A stretch of DNA of 20,000 bases from the IMG/VR virus record IMGVR_UViG_3300009681_000519. One strand, given 5' to 3'. Shown here in pieces: positions 1-7,377 of this stretch (position 1 is the first letter of the stretch; every line of letters starts with the position of its first letter). Below the pieces are notes generated by a model, which saw only the letters and a program-made list of their open reading frames with translations, was not told where the DNA came from and searched no databases. The DNA comes from an uncultured virus (IMG/VR IMGVR_UViG_3300009681_000519). Lineage: Duplodnaviria > Heunggongvirae > Uroviricota > Caudoviricetes. The translations under genes were made by a program, and so were the position numbers.

Positions 1-733
1 ATTCGTCGGCGTACACGAGGCACCGTTCGCGCTTCTGAAGCAGCGACCCGGCATGGAACGGTTGCACCGCGCGGTCGACGATGAGGGGGCGCACGTCCCA
101 GAACGTCACCGTGTCGACGCTCGCGCTGCCCGCCGGAACCGATGCGACCGCGAGCGGCAGCCATCCCGTCGTGTTGCCGGGGTAGCCACCGCCCGCCACG
201 CCCGACCGAACGCGATACTGCAACCGGCCCGACACCACCTTGTCGACAAGGTTCGGTGTGAACAGGCCCGTGGCGGGGTCGAAGATGTCGCGGTTGTCCT
301 GCTCCTCGACCAGTTCGATCGGCTGACACTCGATGACATCGATCCGAATCCCGCCACCGCCGTTCGCCGGGATGACGAGCGACCCGATGGCACTGATGCC
401 CGCGTCGAAGATGACCTTGCTCGGGTCGTCGTCGGCGTTCGGGGTCGCGTCGGGGAAGTAGGCGACCATCTCGCCGGGCGTGATGGTCACCGAATCGGTG
501 CCAATCTGCGGCACGACCATCAACCCGCCGATGACATCGGCGAGCAGCGGGGCCGTGATGGCTGCCGGTTCGATCGCGTACCCCGCCGACGTGTCAACGA
601 TGTACTGGTCGGAGAAGAACCGCCGGTGAAACGCCGACCGATCTGCCGCGATGAACGCCTGCTCGCGGTTGAAGTCGGTGGAGATCAGCCGTTCCCTCGT
701 GTTGTACTGCATGCGCCTGTGACCGCTCGACAT
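1..733 (-). CDS. Partial (runs off the left edge) distal baseplate / tail-fibre attachment protein
   Basis: Not in the ORF track. Reading the minus strand from ATG at 733 gives MSSGHRRMQYNTRERLISTDFNREQAFIAADRSAFHRRFF...IPANGGGGIRIDVIECQP...PGNTTGWLPLAVASVPAG...DVRP, open to base 1. The 'ER L.S.DFN..Q' N-terminus and 'RID.I ... W.PLA...VP ... D.RP' motifs resemble proteins found just after the wedge genes in contractile tails. Preceded by a TAGGCT-6nt-ATG promoter motif. Confidence 0.75.
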   Translation of the reverse strand, partial: MSSGHRRMQYNTRERLISTDFNREQAFIAADRSAFHRRFFSDQYIVDTSAGYAIEPAAITAPLLADVIGGLMVVPQIGTDSVTITPGEMVAYFPDATPNADDDPSKVIFDAGISAIGSLVIPANGGGGIRIDVIECQPIELVEEQDNRDIFDPATGLFTPNLVDKVVSGRLQYRVRSGVAGGGYPGNTTGWLPLAVASVPAGSASVDTVTFWDVRPLIVDRAVQPFHAGSLLQKRERCLVYADE

Positions 734-739
734 GCGGCA

Positions 740-769
740 AGCCTACCACCCGACGGGGCGGGGTGTCAG
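740..769 (-). promoter_or_regulatory. Putative leaderless sigma70-type promoter (CTGACA-18-TAGGCT, extended TGn, 6 nt to ATG 733)
   Basis: Minus strand reads GCTGACACCCCGCCCCGTCGGGTGGTAGGCTTGCCGCATG; no Shine-Dalgarno before the ATG. Confidence 0.65.
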
Positions 770-773
770 CCTG

Positions 774-793
774 ACGGATGATCGATCATCCGT
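774..793. repeat. Perfect 20-bp palindrome ACGGATGATCGATCATCCGT, copy 1 (putative regulator binding site)
   Basis: Self-reverse-complementary; identical copies at 5274-5293 and 13521-13540; intergenic. Confidence 0.95.
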
Positions 794-799
794 GGCGGG

Positions 800-815
800 T
801 GTTTCACGTGGAACC
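800..815. promoter_or_regulatory. parS: parS-like centromere site TGTTTCACGTGGAACC
   Basis: Reverse complement GGTTCCACGTGAAACA matches the canonical bacterial parS consensus TGTTNCACGTGAAACA at 15/16 positions; intergenic, directly after the stop codon at 816. Confidence 0.75.
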
Positions 816-2435
816 TCAGATGCAGCCGACGTTCTCGACGTAGAGATCGAACCCGACACCGGCCGCCCGCGCATCGTCGACCGCGGCCCATACCGTGCGG
901 TAGTAGATGGCCGACATGATTGGGAATCCGTCGAAGAACGCGAGGAACGGGGCGCAGTCGAAGGCGTTGGACACCCCCTCGTCGAAGGCACACCCGAAGT
1001 CACCGAACGGAATGGGCGGCACGCCGATGAGGAAGAACGCCCGAAACTCAAGGTAGTCGAGCAGCAGCTTGAACCGGTCGGCCGGGCGGGTGCCGAAGTC
1101 GAGGTCGAACGCGAACGCAACCGCGGGGTCGACCGACGACGGGTCGCCGTCGAAGAACAGCCCGCGGAACTTCGCCTGCCCGACCTCGCGCAAGCACGCC
1201 GACCCGCCGAGCGGCACGAACACCCGGTTGGCGATGCGCCGGATCGCGTTCGGCGACACCTTGTCGGCGACCGTCGCGACCCGCTTGCGGTAGCTGTCAT
1301 CGGGTTCGGCCGGTTGCCGGTAGATGCGCCGTTCGTCGCCAAGCTCGTCGAGCATCGCCGACCGGCCACCGACCGGGTAGTCATCGCTGGCGATCGTGAA
1401 CCCGAGGTCGGTCGCCCATCCGAGCACGCGCCACCCCGCACCGGTCGACCCCGGTGGGGAGTTGTACTGCTCCGCGGTCATGTCGGGCGACTGCTTGACC
1501 GCCACGAGCGTCGCCGTCGTGCCCGTGAGCACGCCCTCGATCTGCGTCGCCGGTACGAAATCGCCGAACGTGCGGTCGACCACAACGAAGTCGCCGGTGT
1601 CCGTCAACCGGCGGAACACGCCGCGAGCAGTCACGCTGACACCAGTGCGTTGCACGACTTCCTCGCCGACCTCGAACCCAGTGCCCGCGATGGCGGCGAC
1701 CTCGAACACGCCCGTGGCGGCGAGCGTCACAACGCCGCCGTGCACCCCGGCCTGTGGCGGTTCGTACCCGATGACACGCCTCACTTGCCCGGCATTCGCC
1801 CCGACCGTCAGTTCGATGTACTGCCCGACGTGTTCGGGCACCACCACGTCGGGGTCGGGTCGAACCATGAGCCGATGCCCGGCGATACCGGGCACGACCC
1901 GCGCCTTATCGTTCGCGAGCGCGGCCCCGACCTGCACGAACTGGTTGATGCTACCCGGTTCGGGCTGGTCGTAGCCGTAGCCCGGCCGGTCGCTCACGAG
2001 CCGCAGCTTGAACGGCCCGGCCTCGCCGGGGCCGAACGTCAATGTCTCGTCAGCCACGAACTGTCGTCCTGTCTGCACGTACTGCGTACCGTTCGGCCCC
2101 CAATCGCCCGCGACCTCGGCGATGATGATCTGCCCCTTGACGATGGTGATCGGCGTGAGGAACCGAGCCGACCGTTGCACCGTCGCTGTGACCGTTGCCG
2201 GGCTCGCACCGCCCGCGGGTTCGTCGGTCTGACCCGACCACGGCAGGATATACATTGCCTGCGTGGTCCGTTCGATCATCTCCGACGCCCGCGCGAACTG
2301 TGCCGCGGCTTGCTCGTAGGCCTCGAACTGCGTGTCGACCCCGGCCGCCTTGCCGTCGATGAACGGCTGCGCGTAACCCACGTCGACAACGGACTGCCAC
2401 AGCTCGATGAGGTCGTCGAGGGTCAACGCTGCCAT
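816..2435 (-). CDS. Baseplate wedge protein (gpI/gp7-like C-terminal part fused to a J-type beta-barrel N-terminal part), 539 aa
   Basis: Follows baseplate J with TGATG overlap at 2433-2437. 'MLDELGDERRIYRQPAEPDDSYRKRV' resembles the LD..G...R...E.D..YR.R motif of wedge proteins. The N-part (ASPATVTATVQR...ITIVKGQ...QFVADETLTF...LVSDRPGYGYD...GSI) parallels the J barrel. Confidence 0.7.
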   Translation of the reverse strand: MAALTLDDLIELWQSVVDVGYAQPFIDGKAAGVDTQFEAYEQAAAQFARASEMIERTTQAMYILPWSGQTDEPAGGASPATVTATVQRSARFLTPITIVKGQIIIAEVAGDWGPNGTQYVQTGRQFVADETLTFGPGEAGPFKLRLVSDRPGYGYDQPEPGSINQFVQVGAALANDKARVVPGIAGHRLMVRPDPDVVVPEHVGQYIELTVGANAGQVRRVIGYEPPQAGVHGGVVTLAATGVFEVAAIAGTGFEVGEEVVQRTGVSVTARGVFRRLTDTGDFVVVDRTFGDFVPATQIEGVLTGTTATLVAVKQSPDMTAEQYNSPPGSTGAGWRVLGWATDLGFTIASDDYPVGGRSAMLDELGDERRIYRQPAEPDDSYRKRVATVADKVSPNAIRRIANRVFVPLGGSACLREVGQAKFRGLFFDGDPSSVDPAVAFAFDLDFGTRPADRFKLLLDYLEFRAFFLIGVPPIPFGDFGCAFDEGVSNAFDCAPFLAFFDGFPIMSAIYYRTVWAAVDDARAAGVGFDLYVENVGCI

Positions 2436-3543
2436 CACACCACCGTCACGTTGGCAAGGGTCGTGCGCAGGGTCATGCCCGGCGCAGGCACGAGGTCACC
2501 GGTCGGGGCAACGACCGCCGATTCGGTCACGATGAGGCCTTGGTTCTGGAACCGTTGCAGCACGACGTAGATCTGCGCTCGCGATAGGGTCTGGTTGACC
2601 GCGAGCGAGTTGATGAACGCCACGACCGCGTTGCGCACGGCCTCGGTCACGGTCGTCGTGTCGACGTTCGCCGCGAACGTGAGCTTGAGCGCCACGTCGA
2701 CGATCTGCGGCATCGACAGTGCCGTGATGACCGCGATGCCGCAGGCCCGATACTCCTCCAACTCTGACCGCACGAACGCCCCGAGCGCGGCCGACGCCAC
2801 GCCCGACGAGTCGGCGATGTAGAGCTGCACAACGCGAGCCGGTCGCGACAACGAATCGATCACCTCGTAGGCCCGTGCCGACACGACACCCTTGACCGCG
2901 AGCGCCCCGAACTCGATCGCCCCCTTCGTGCCGCGGCGGGCGGTCTGCCAGAAGCTTCGGATGCGGTTCCGGTAGTCATCATCCTCCTCGACCGGTTCGC
3001 CGCCCGCGGTCTTCGCGTCGTTGTTGACCTGCAACGTCGTGTCGAACAGGGCCGACGGCTTGTCAATCTTGCGGATCTGGTTCGCCCCGACTTGGTACTC
3101 CTTGCCCGCGAGTACCGCCCGCACGTCACACGTTGCCTCCAGCGAGGCGGGTGCGAAGGTCGCCGTCGTCGTCGTCACGTACTCGATGCCGGTGAGCGAC
3201 ACGAGCTTCGTACCGATGGGTACGACCCCGCCACCGCCCGTGGTCGCGGTGCGGAAGAACCTCACCGACCCGACCGCCGCGGCCGCACCCTTGCGCGGCA
3301 GTTGGTACTTGTCGAACCCGTACCGGTCGAGGTCTTCCCCCTCGGCACCGTTCAACGTGAGCGCCCGAATCCGGTCGACGAGGTGCCGCGCGACCGCGTG
3401 CGCCATGTAGGACGCCGACCCGACGAAGATGTTGATGTCGGAGCCTCGACATCGACTTGCGCGGGGTCGATGCGCTTCGCCCGCGTCGCGACGTATCGCC
3501 GACCGATGCGGTAGAAGTCAAACCTCGTGAGAATCTCGGCCAT
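2435..3543 (-). pseudogene. Baseplate J-like wedge protein, split by an apparent 1-nt deletion at ~3444-3445 (369 aa if repaired)
   Basis: Motifs AEGEDLDR...LPRKGAAAAVGSVRF, VPIGT, GGEPVEEDDDYRNRI, RRGTKGAIEFGAL and GVVSARAYE are typical of baseplate J. A start with SD GAGGTG at 3543 is out of frame with 2435-3406; adding one G gives a continuous ...DVEGSDINIFVGSASYMAHAVA... Could be a sequencing error. Confidence 0.85.
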
Positions 3544-3554
3544 GCGTCACCTCA

Positions 3555-4454
3555 TCACACCGGGCTCGTCGCGTCGAACGGCACGTCGACCGCGACCGGC
3601 TTGTTGCTGTACTTGGTCACGGCACGCACTTCGAGCCAGAACAGGTCGGGGCGGTTGTCGTCGCGTCGGAACCGACACGACACGTCGCGCGTCTCGGGCT
3701 CCTGCCGGATCTGCGCTTCGGCATCCGACGTGAGCGCGTCACGCACGCCGGGCCGCCCGAGCTGCTTCACTTGGTCGGGCAACCCCACCCCGTAGGTCGG
3801 CAGCCACGCGAACTTGCCCTTGCGCGTCATGCACCGGCGGAACACGCGCTTGCGGTAGCTGTCCACGCCGTCGTCGAACGCGAGGTCGCCCTGAGCATCG
3901 ACCGGGATGGTGCCGAGGATGAGCGAGTCGGTCGTGTTCGGCAACGGGTCGAGCATGCCCGCGCGGTTCTGCGGGTTAGCGATGTCCTTCGACGACACGA
4001 TGAGGTCGACCCGCGGTTGCATGAACCCGCGCGACAGCCCATCGAACAGCCGCGAGGCCGATGCCGGGTCGAGCAGTTGCCCGCCGACCGCACGCAGGCC
4101 GTTGCACGCGACCCGATACACCGACGGCCATGGGGAGAACGACCGGTCAACCGTCAGGTCGAGCATGGTGCCGCGCGACCCGGCGACCTCGGCGATCTCG
4201 ACCGCGGCGGGGAACACCGGCCGCGGTTGCGCCCCATCGGCACCGGTCGAGGTCGGGTCGGTCGTCACCGAGTAGCGTTCGACCGACGCCGCATCGCCGC
4301 CTTCGAGCGTGCCCGTGAACAGCGGGGCTGCGTTGAACTCAAGCCGCACGACGTTCTCGCGCACGGCCATCGCTCGCAGCAGTTGCAACGCAACGATGCC
4401 GCCACCCCACGGGATGAGGCCCCACGGACCACCGCCCCATCCAGCACCGCTCAC
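3555..4454 (-). CDS. gp25/gpW-like sheath-initiator baseplate protein with N-terminal WG motif and Ig-like domain, 299 aa
   Basis: C-terminal GDLAFDDGVDSYRKRVFRRCMTRKGKFAWLPTYGVGL...AEAQIRQEPE matches the GPW_gp25 pattern (T..G.....P.YG..L...EP); sits immediately upstream of J; GTGA overlap with the upstream gene. Confidence 0.8.
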   Translation of the reverse strand: MSGAGWGGGPWGLIPWGGGIVALQLLRAMAVRENVVRLEFNAAPLFTGTLEGGDAASVERYSVTTDPTSTGADGAQPRPVFPAAVEIAEVAGSRGTMLDLTVDRSFSPWPSVYRVACNGLRAVGGQLLDPASASRLFDGLSRGFMQPRVDLIVSSKDIANPQNRAGMLDPLPNTTDSLILGTIPVDAQGDLAFDDGVDSYRKRVFRRCMTRKGKFAWLPTYGVGLPDQVKQLGRPGVRDALTSDAEAQIRQEPETRDVSCRFRRDDNRPDLFWLEVRAVTKYSNKPVAVDVPFDATSPV

Positions 4455-5230
4455 GGCCGCACCCTCACGTCGAACGCGAAGTCATCGTCGGTGAGTACCC
4501 CGAACGCATCGACACGTTCGATTCGGAAGCCGTTGACCGTCTCGTTGTAGACCGTGCACGAGCCGCCCGTGTTGCGGGCCGTCGCCACCACGGCATAGTT
4601 CGCGTTGGGCATGGGCGCGAGGAACGCGATGTCGATGATGCCCGGCGACACGTAGGTGGCTGCCCCGATGTTGAGCGACGACGCGAGCGAGGCCGGCCCG
4701 CCCGGCGGCAGGATGACTCGTCCCCAGGCGGACGATGCACCGACGACCCCGCGGCGGATCACCTCGAACCATCGATACCACTCACGCGACCATCCCTCGG
4801 TGTTGCCCGTCGGGTCGATGACATCGGGTACGTTGTGCTCCGTCGTTTCGCCGAACGCAGGAACCCGACGCGGTAGCTGTCCGGGGTCGGACGCGAGCCC
4901 CGACCCCGCGTAGAACGTGCTGCGCACAACGTCGTCGGCCGACGCCCCGAGGCCCGCACCCGAATCGACGGCAAGCTCGACGTGGTACGTGCCCTCGACA
5001 TCGATCGGGGCGAACAGCGTGCTTGCCGCGGTCGGGGTCGCGAGCAGCGACGTTGCCCGCACGCCCGCGTTGATATCGATGGGCCGGTGGATGATGCGCC
5101 ACAGGTAGGCGAAGAACGGGCCGCCGACCGATGAGAGCGTCACCGGTTGCCCGAGCACGAGGTCTTCCCGCGCGAACCCCGGCACGCCCGGTGGTCGCGT
5201 CAACTGGTCGATGGTGATCTGGACGGCCAT
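4451..5230 (-). CDS. Short fibre / adhesin-like virion protein: N-terminal PKD/Ig-like domain plus C-terminal fibre-tip beta-sandwich, 259 aa
   Basis: VTLSS...YLWRIIHRP...TLFAPIDVEGTYHVELAVDSG resembles PKD/Ig folds. AWGRV...SLNIGAATYVSPGIIDIAFLAPMPNANYAVVAT resembles common phage fibre C-terminal domains. Confidence 0.6.
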   Translation of the reverse strand: MAVQITIDQLTRPPGVPGFAREDLVLGQPVTLSSVGGPFFAYLWRIIHRPIDINAGVRATSLLATPTAASTLFAPIDVEGTYHVELAVDSGAGLGASADDVVRSTFYAGSGLASDPGQLPRRVPAFGETTEHNVPDVIDPTGNTEGWSREWYRWFEVIRRGVVGASSAWGRVILPPGGPASLASSLNIGAATYVSPGIIDIAFLAPMPNANYAVVATARNTGGSCTVYNETVNGFRIERVDAFGVLTDDDFAFDVRVRP

Positions 5231-5236
5231 GCAGGC

Positions 5237-5242
5237 AGTCTA
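5237..5242 (-). promoter_or_regulatory. -10 box TAGACT of a putative leaderless promoter, 6 nt before ATG 5230
   Basis: Minus strand: CTGTAGACT GCCTGC ATG; no SD. Confidence 0.6.
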
Positions 5243-5273
5243 CAGCCGACGGCACCGATGCCGCCACCCCGGC

Positions 5274-5293
5274 ACGGATGATCGATCATCCGT
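5274..5293. repeat. Perfect 20-bp palindrome, copy 2
   Basis: ACGGATGATCGATCATCCGT. With flanks, 5273-5297 (CACGG...CCGTCAGG) is the exact reverse complement of 770-794 (25 bp). Confidence 0.95.
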
Positions 5294-5589
5294 CAGGTGT
5301 CGGCGTCGAATGGGTCGGGGTCCGACGTGCCGACACGGCCACCACCGAACCCGAACTCGGCGTCGATGGGGTTCGACAGGTCGCACTTGAGCCCGAGGAA
5401 GAAGCTGAACGTCGGCGGGAACGGAAACGGCGGGAACTTGAACTTGAAGCTCAGGTTGAAGTTGAACACCGGCGGGAACTGGAACCCGCAGATCGACGCC
5501 CCGCTCGGCGATGGCTCGAACGAGAACGACGCATCGACCGCGGCCTGTGCCGCCGGATCGGGCGCATCGGGGGGAGGCGGGAACCCCAT
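5293..5589 (-). CDS. Small Phe/Pro-rich hypothetical protein, 98 aa
   Basis: Fills the gap between neighbouring genes on the coding strand; sequence ICGFQFPPVFNFNLSFKFKFPPFPFPPTFSFFLGLKCDL. Confidence 0.7.
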   Translation of the reverse strand: MGFPPPPDAPDPAAQAAVDASFSFEPSPSGASICGFQFPPVFNFNLSFKFKFPPFPFPPTFSFFLGLKCDLSNPIDAEFGFGGGRVGTSDPDPFDADT

Positions 5590-5595
5590 CGCCGG

Positions 5596-6282
5596 TTAGG
5601 CCGGGCTGTAAGGGTTGCAGTTCCCAAACCGGACATACAACGGCGGGCACAACGGGTTCGTCGCTTGGCACCGGCTCTGCGTCCACGCGAGGCGGGCGCG
5701 GGCCGCGGCAACCTGCATCTCCTCCCACGTCACAGCTCCGCGTGCCCGCATCATGGCAGCCCACTCAGCGAACACCCACGCCGGGTCGCCGAGCGTCATA
5801 AACGTCGGGTTGATGACCTCGCATCCGGCGTCGATTGCCGCCTGCTTCGTCGCGTTGTCGGTTAGATACTCACCGGCCCACAACAGCACGGTCGGCAGTT
5901 GCACCCCGCGCATGAGCAACCGGGGTTCGCCTTCGGCACCGGGGCCGTGCCCGTACACCACGACATGCACGCACGGTTGAACGATTGGCGGGTGCCCGAA
6001 CCGAGTGCAGGTCACCGTTCCGCTCACGCCCGCGACCCGCGCCCACACGTCATCGCCCGCGGCACCCATGAGGAACACCTCGATGTCCTCCCATGGTGCA
6101 CCCCGACGCCGCATCTTCGTCGCGGTCATCAACGACGGTCCAAGCGTCGATTCGTCGGCAAGCACGCCGCCCTCAGCCTGCACCGCATAGGCGCGGTCGA
6201 CCTCGCTGGGTGGGAACACGCTTCCCGGTGCAACCGGGCCGCCGGGCATCTGCACTTGGTTGAGGAGGACGAGGTTGCTCAT
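5596..6282 (-). CDS. Hypothetical protein with internal duplication, 228 aa
   Basis: Coding-strand ORF with its own TGGTAGCCT-6nt-ATG promoter motif; two similar halves. Confidence 0.7.
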   Translation of the reverse strand: MSNLVLLNQVQMPGGPVAPGSVFPPSEVDRAYAVQAEGGVLADESTLGPSLMTATKMRRRGAPWEDIEVFLMGAAGDDVWARVAGVSGTVTCTRFGHPPIVQPCVHVVVYGHGPGAEGEPRLLMRGVQLPTVLLWAGEYLTDNATKQAAIDAGCEVINPTFMTLGDPAWVFAEWAAMMRARGAVTWEEMQVAAARARLAWTQSRCQATNPLCPPLYVRFGNCNPYSPA

Positions 6283-6288
6283 GCCCCG

Positions 6289-6297
6289 AGGCTACCA
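6289..6297 (-). promoter_or_regulatory. Extended -10 TGG-TAGCCT of a putative leaderless promoter, 6 nt before ATG 6282
   Basis: Minus strand: ATGGTAGCCT CGGGGC ATG; no palindrome upstream. Confidence 0.6.
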
Positions 6298-6313
6298 TGC
6301 CCCGGTCGGCAGG

Positions 6314-7375
6314 TCAGCCGATGATGAGGCCGGGGCAACCGATGCCGGGCGAGGTTTGCGGGAACGATGACACCTTCGGCAAGCACGCCCCGAACGCCGT
6401 CGCAATCGCCGCCATGCTTGCCGTCAACGTATCTGTCATCGGGGTCGACTGCGCAATCGGCACCGCGAGCGCGTAGGCCGCATCGGCGAGCGGCAACGCC
6501 ATCAACGAGGCGAGCGCGGCACCGGTGAGCGGGCCAGGGTTCGCCGTGTCAATCGCGATGCCAAGCTGCATGAGCATGTGGGCGACGAGGTTGACGACCG
6601 ATTCGGTCGTCGCCGCGTGTTCCGTCGCCGCGTTGCCCGACGTGATGATGTTGAGCGCGTCGGGCACCGACAACGTGTTGTTGCCGACCCCTCCCGTCGC
6701 GCTCAGGTTCAACACCGCATCGTCGAGCCGCAGGCTGATGCACTTGTCGGTGAAGTTGAGCTGGATGAGTGCCGACCCGTCCTTCGTCGAGATTCCGATG
6801 ACATCGGAGCCGATCTGGAACCCCGACGAATCGCCGTTCAACAGCGTCACGGCCCCCTTGCTATCGATGCCGATGAGCGCCCCGGTGAGCGCCGACCGAA
6901 TCGTGTAGGGGCCTGCGTACTCATGCACGACCGGGGTGCGGCACCGGCGGAAGCCAAAGGTGTTCGTCGTCGGGTCCTGCCCGGCGATCGAATCCATGGG
7001 GAACTTGTCAATCGCGTTGTTGAGCCGACCGATGATGCAGCAGTCGGCCGTTTCCGCCCCTTCGGGGATTGCGACCAGCACCTCGTCGCCCTTGACGTAG
7101 GGGTGGAACTCCCCCTCGCCGTTGCCCGCAACCGACCCCGCCGTGCGGCAGTACACCGGCACCATCGACGGTTGCAGCATGACCTTGACGAGCGGCCCGT
7201 ACTGCTCATCGAACACGACCTCGGGTTCGGTGTCGTCCTGCGTCTGCCCCTCGACGAGCCCGTAGCTGATCCATTGCCGCGGGTCGATACCGGGGAACCG
7301 CAACCCTTCGGCGAACGTGCGCAGGTCGAGGTTGAGTCGGGGCAACGCACCGGGTCGGCGGGGTCGGCGGGCCAT
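6314..7375 (-). CDS. Baseplate central spike (gpV/gp5/gp45-like OB-fold plus beta-strand repeats), 353 aa
   Basis: GEGEFHPYVKGDEVLVAIPEGAETADCCIIGRL is the OB-fold signature (P..GDEVLV....G......IIG.L), followed by short beta repeats (IGIDSKGAVTLLNGDSSGFQIG). Start re-called at ATG 7375, just after the hub stop. Confidence 0.85.
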   Translation of the reverse strand: MARRPRRPGALPRLNLDLRTFAEGLRFPGIDPRQWISYGLVEGQTQDDTEPEVVFDEQYGPLVKVMLQPSMVPVYCRTAGSVAGNGEGEFHPYVKGDEVLVAIPEGAETADCCIIGRLNNAIDKFPMDSIAGQDPTTNTFGFRRCRTPVVHEYAGPYTIRSALTGALIGIDSKGAVTLLNGDSSGFQIGSDVIGISTKDGSALIQLNFTDKCISLRLDDAVLNLSATGGVGNNTLSVPDALNIITSGNAATEHAATTESVVNLVAHMLMQLGIAIDTANPGPLTGAALASLMALPLADAAYALAVPIAQSTPMTDTLTASMAAIATAFGACLPKVSSFPQTSPGIGCPGLIIG

Positions 7376-7377
7376 GG

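Noticed and set aside
774..793. Palindrome as an intrinsic terminator
   Set aside because: It can form a hairpin but none of the three copies has a U-tract on either strand; exact sequence identity and near-constant spacing to -10 boxes fit a protein-binding site better.
3352..3543. Independent 63-aa gene
   Set aside because: It is the N-terminus of baseplate J running out of frame after the apparent 1-nt deletion.
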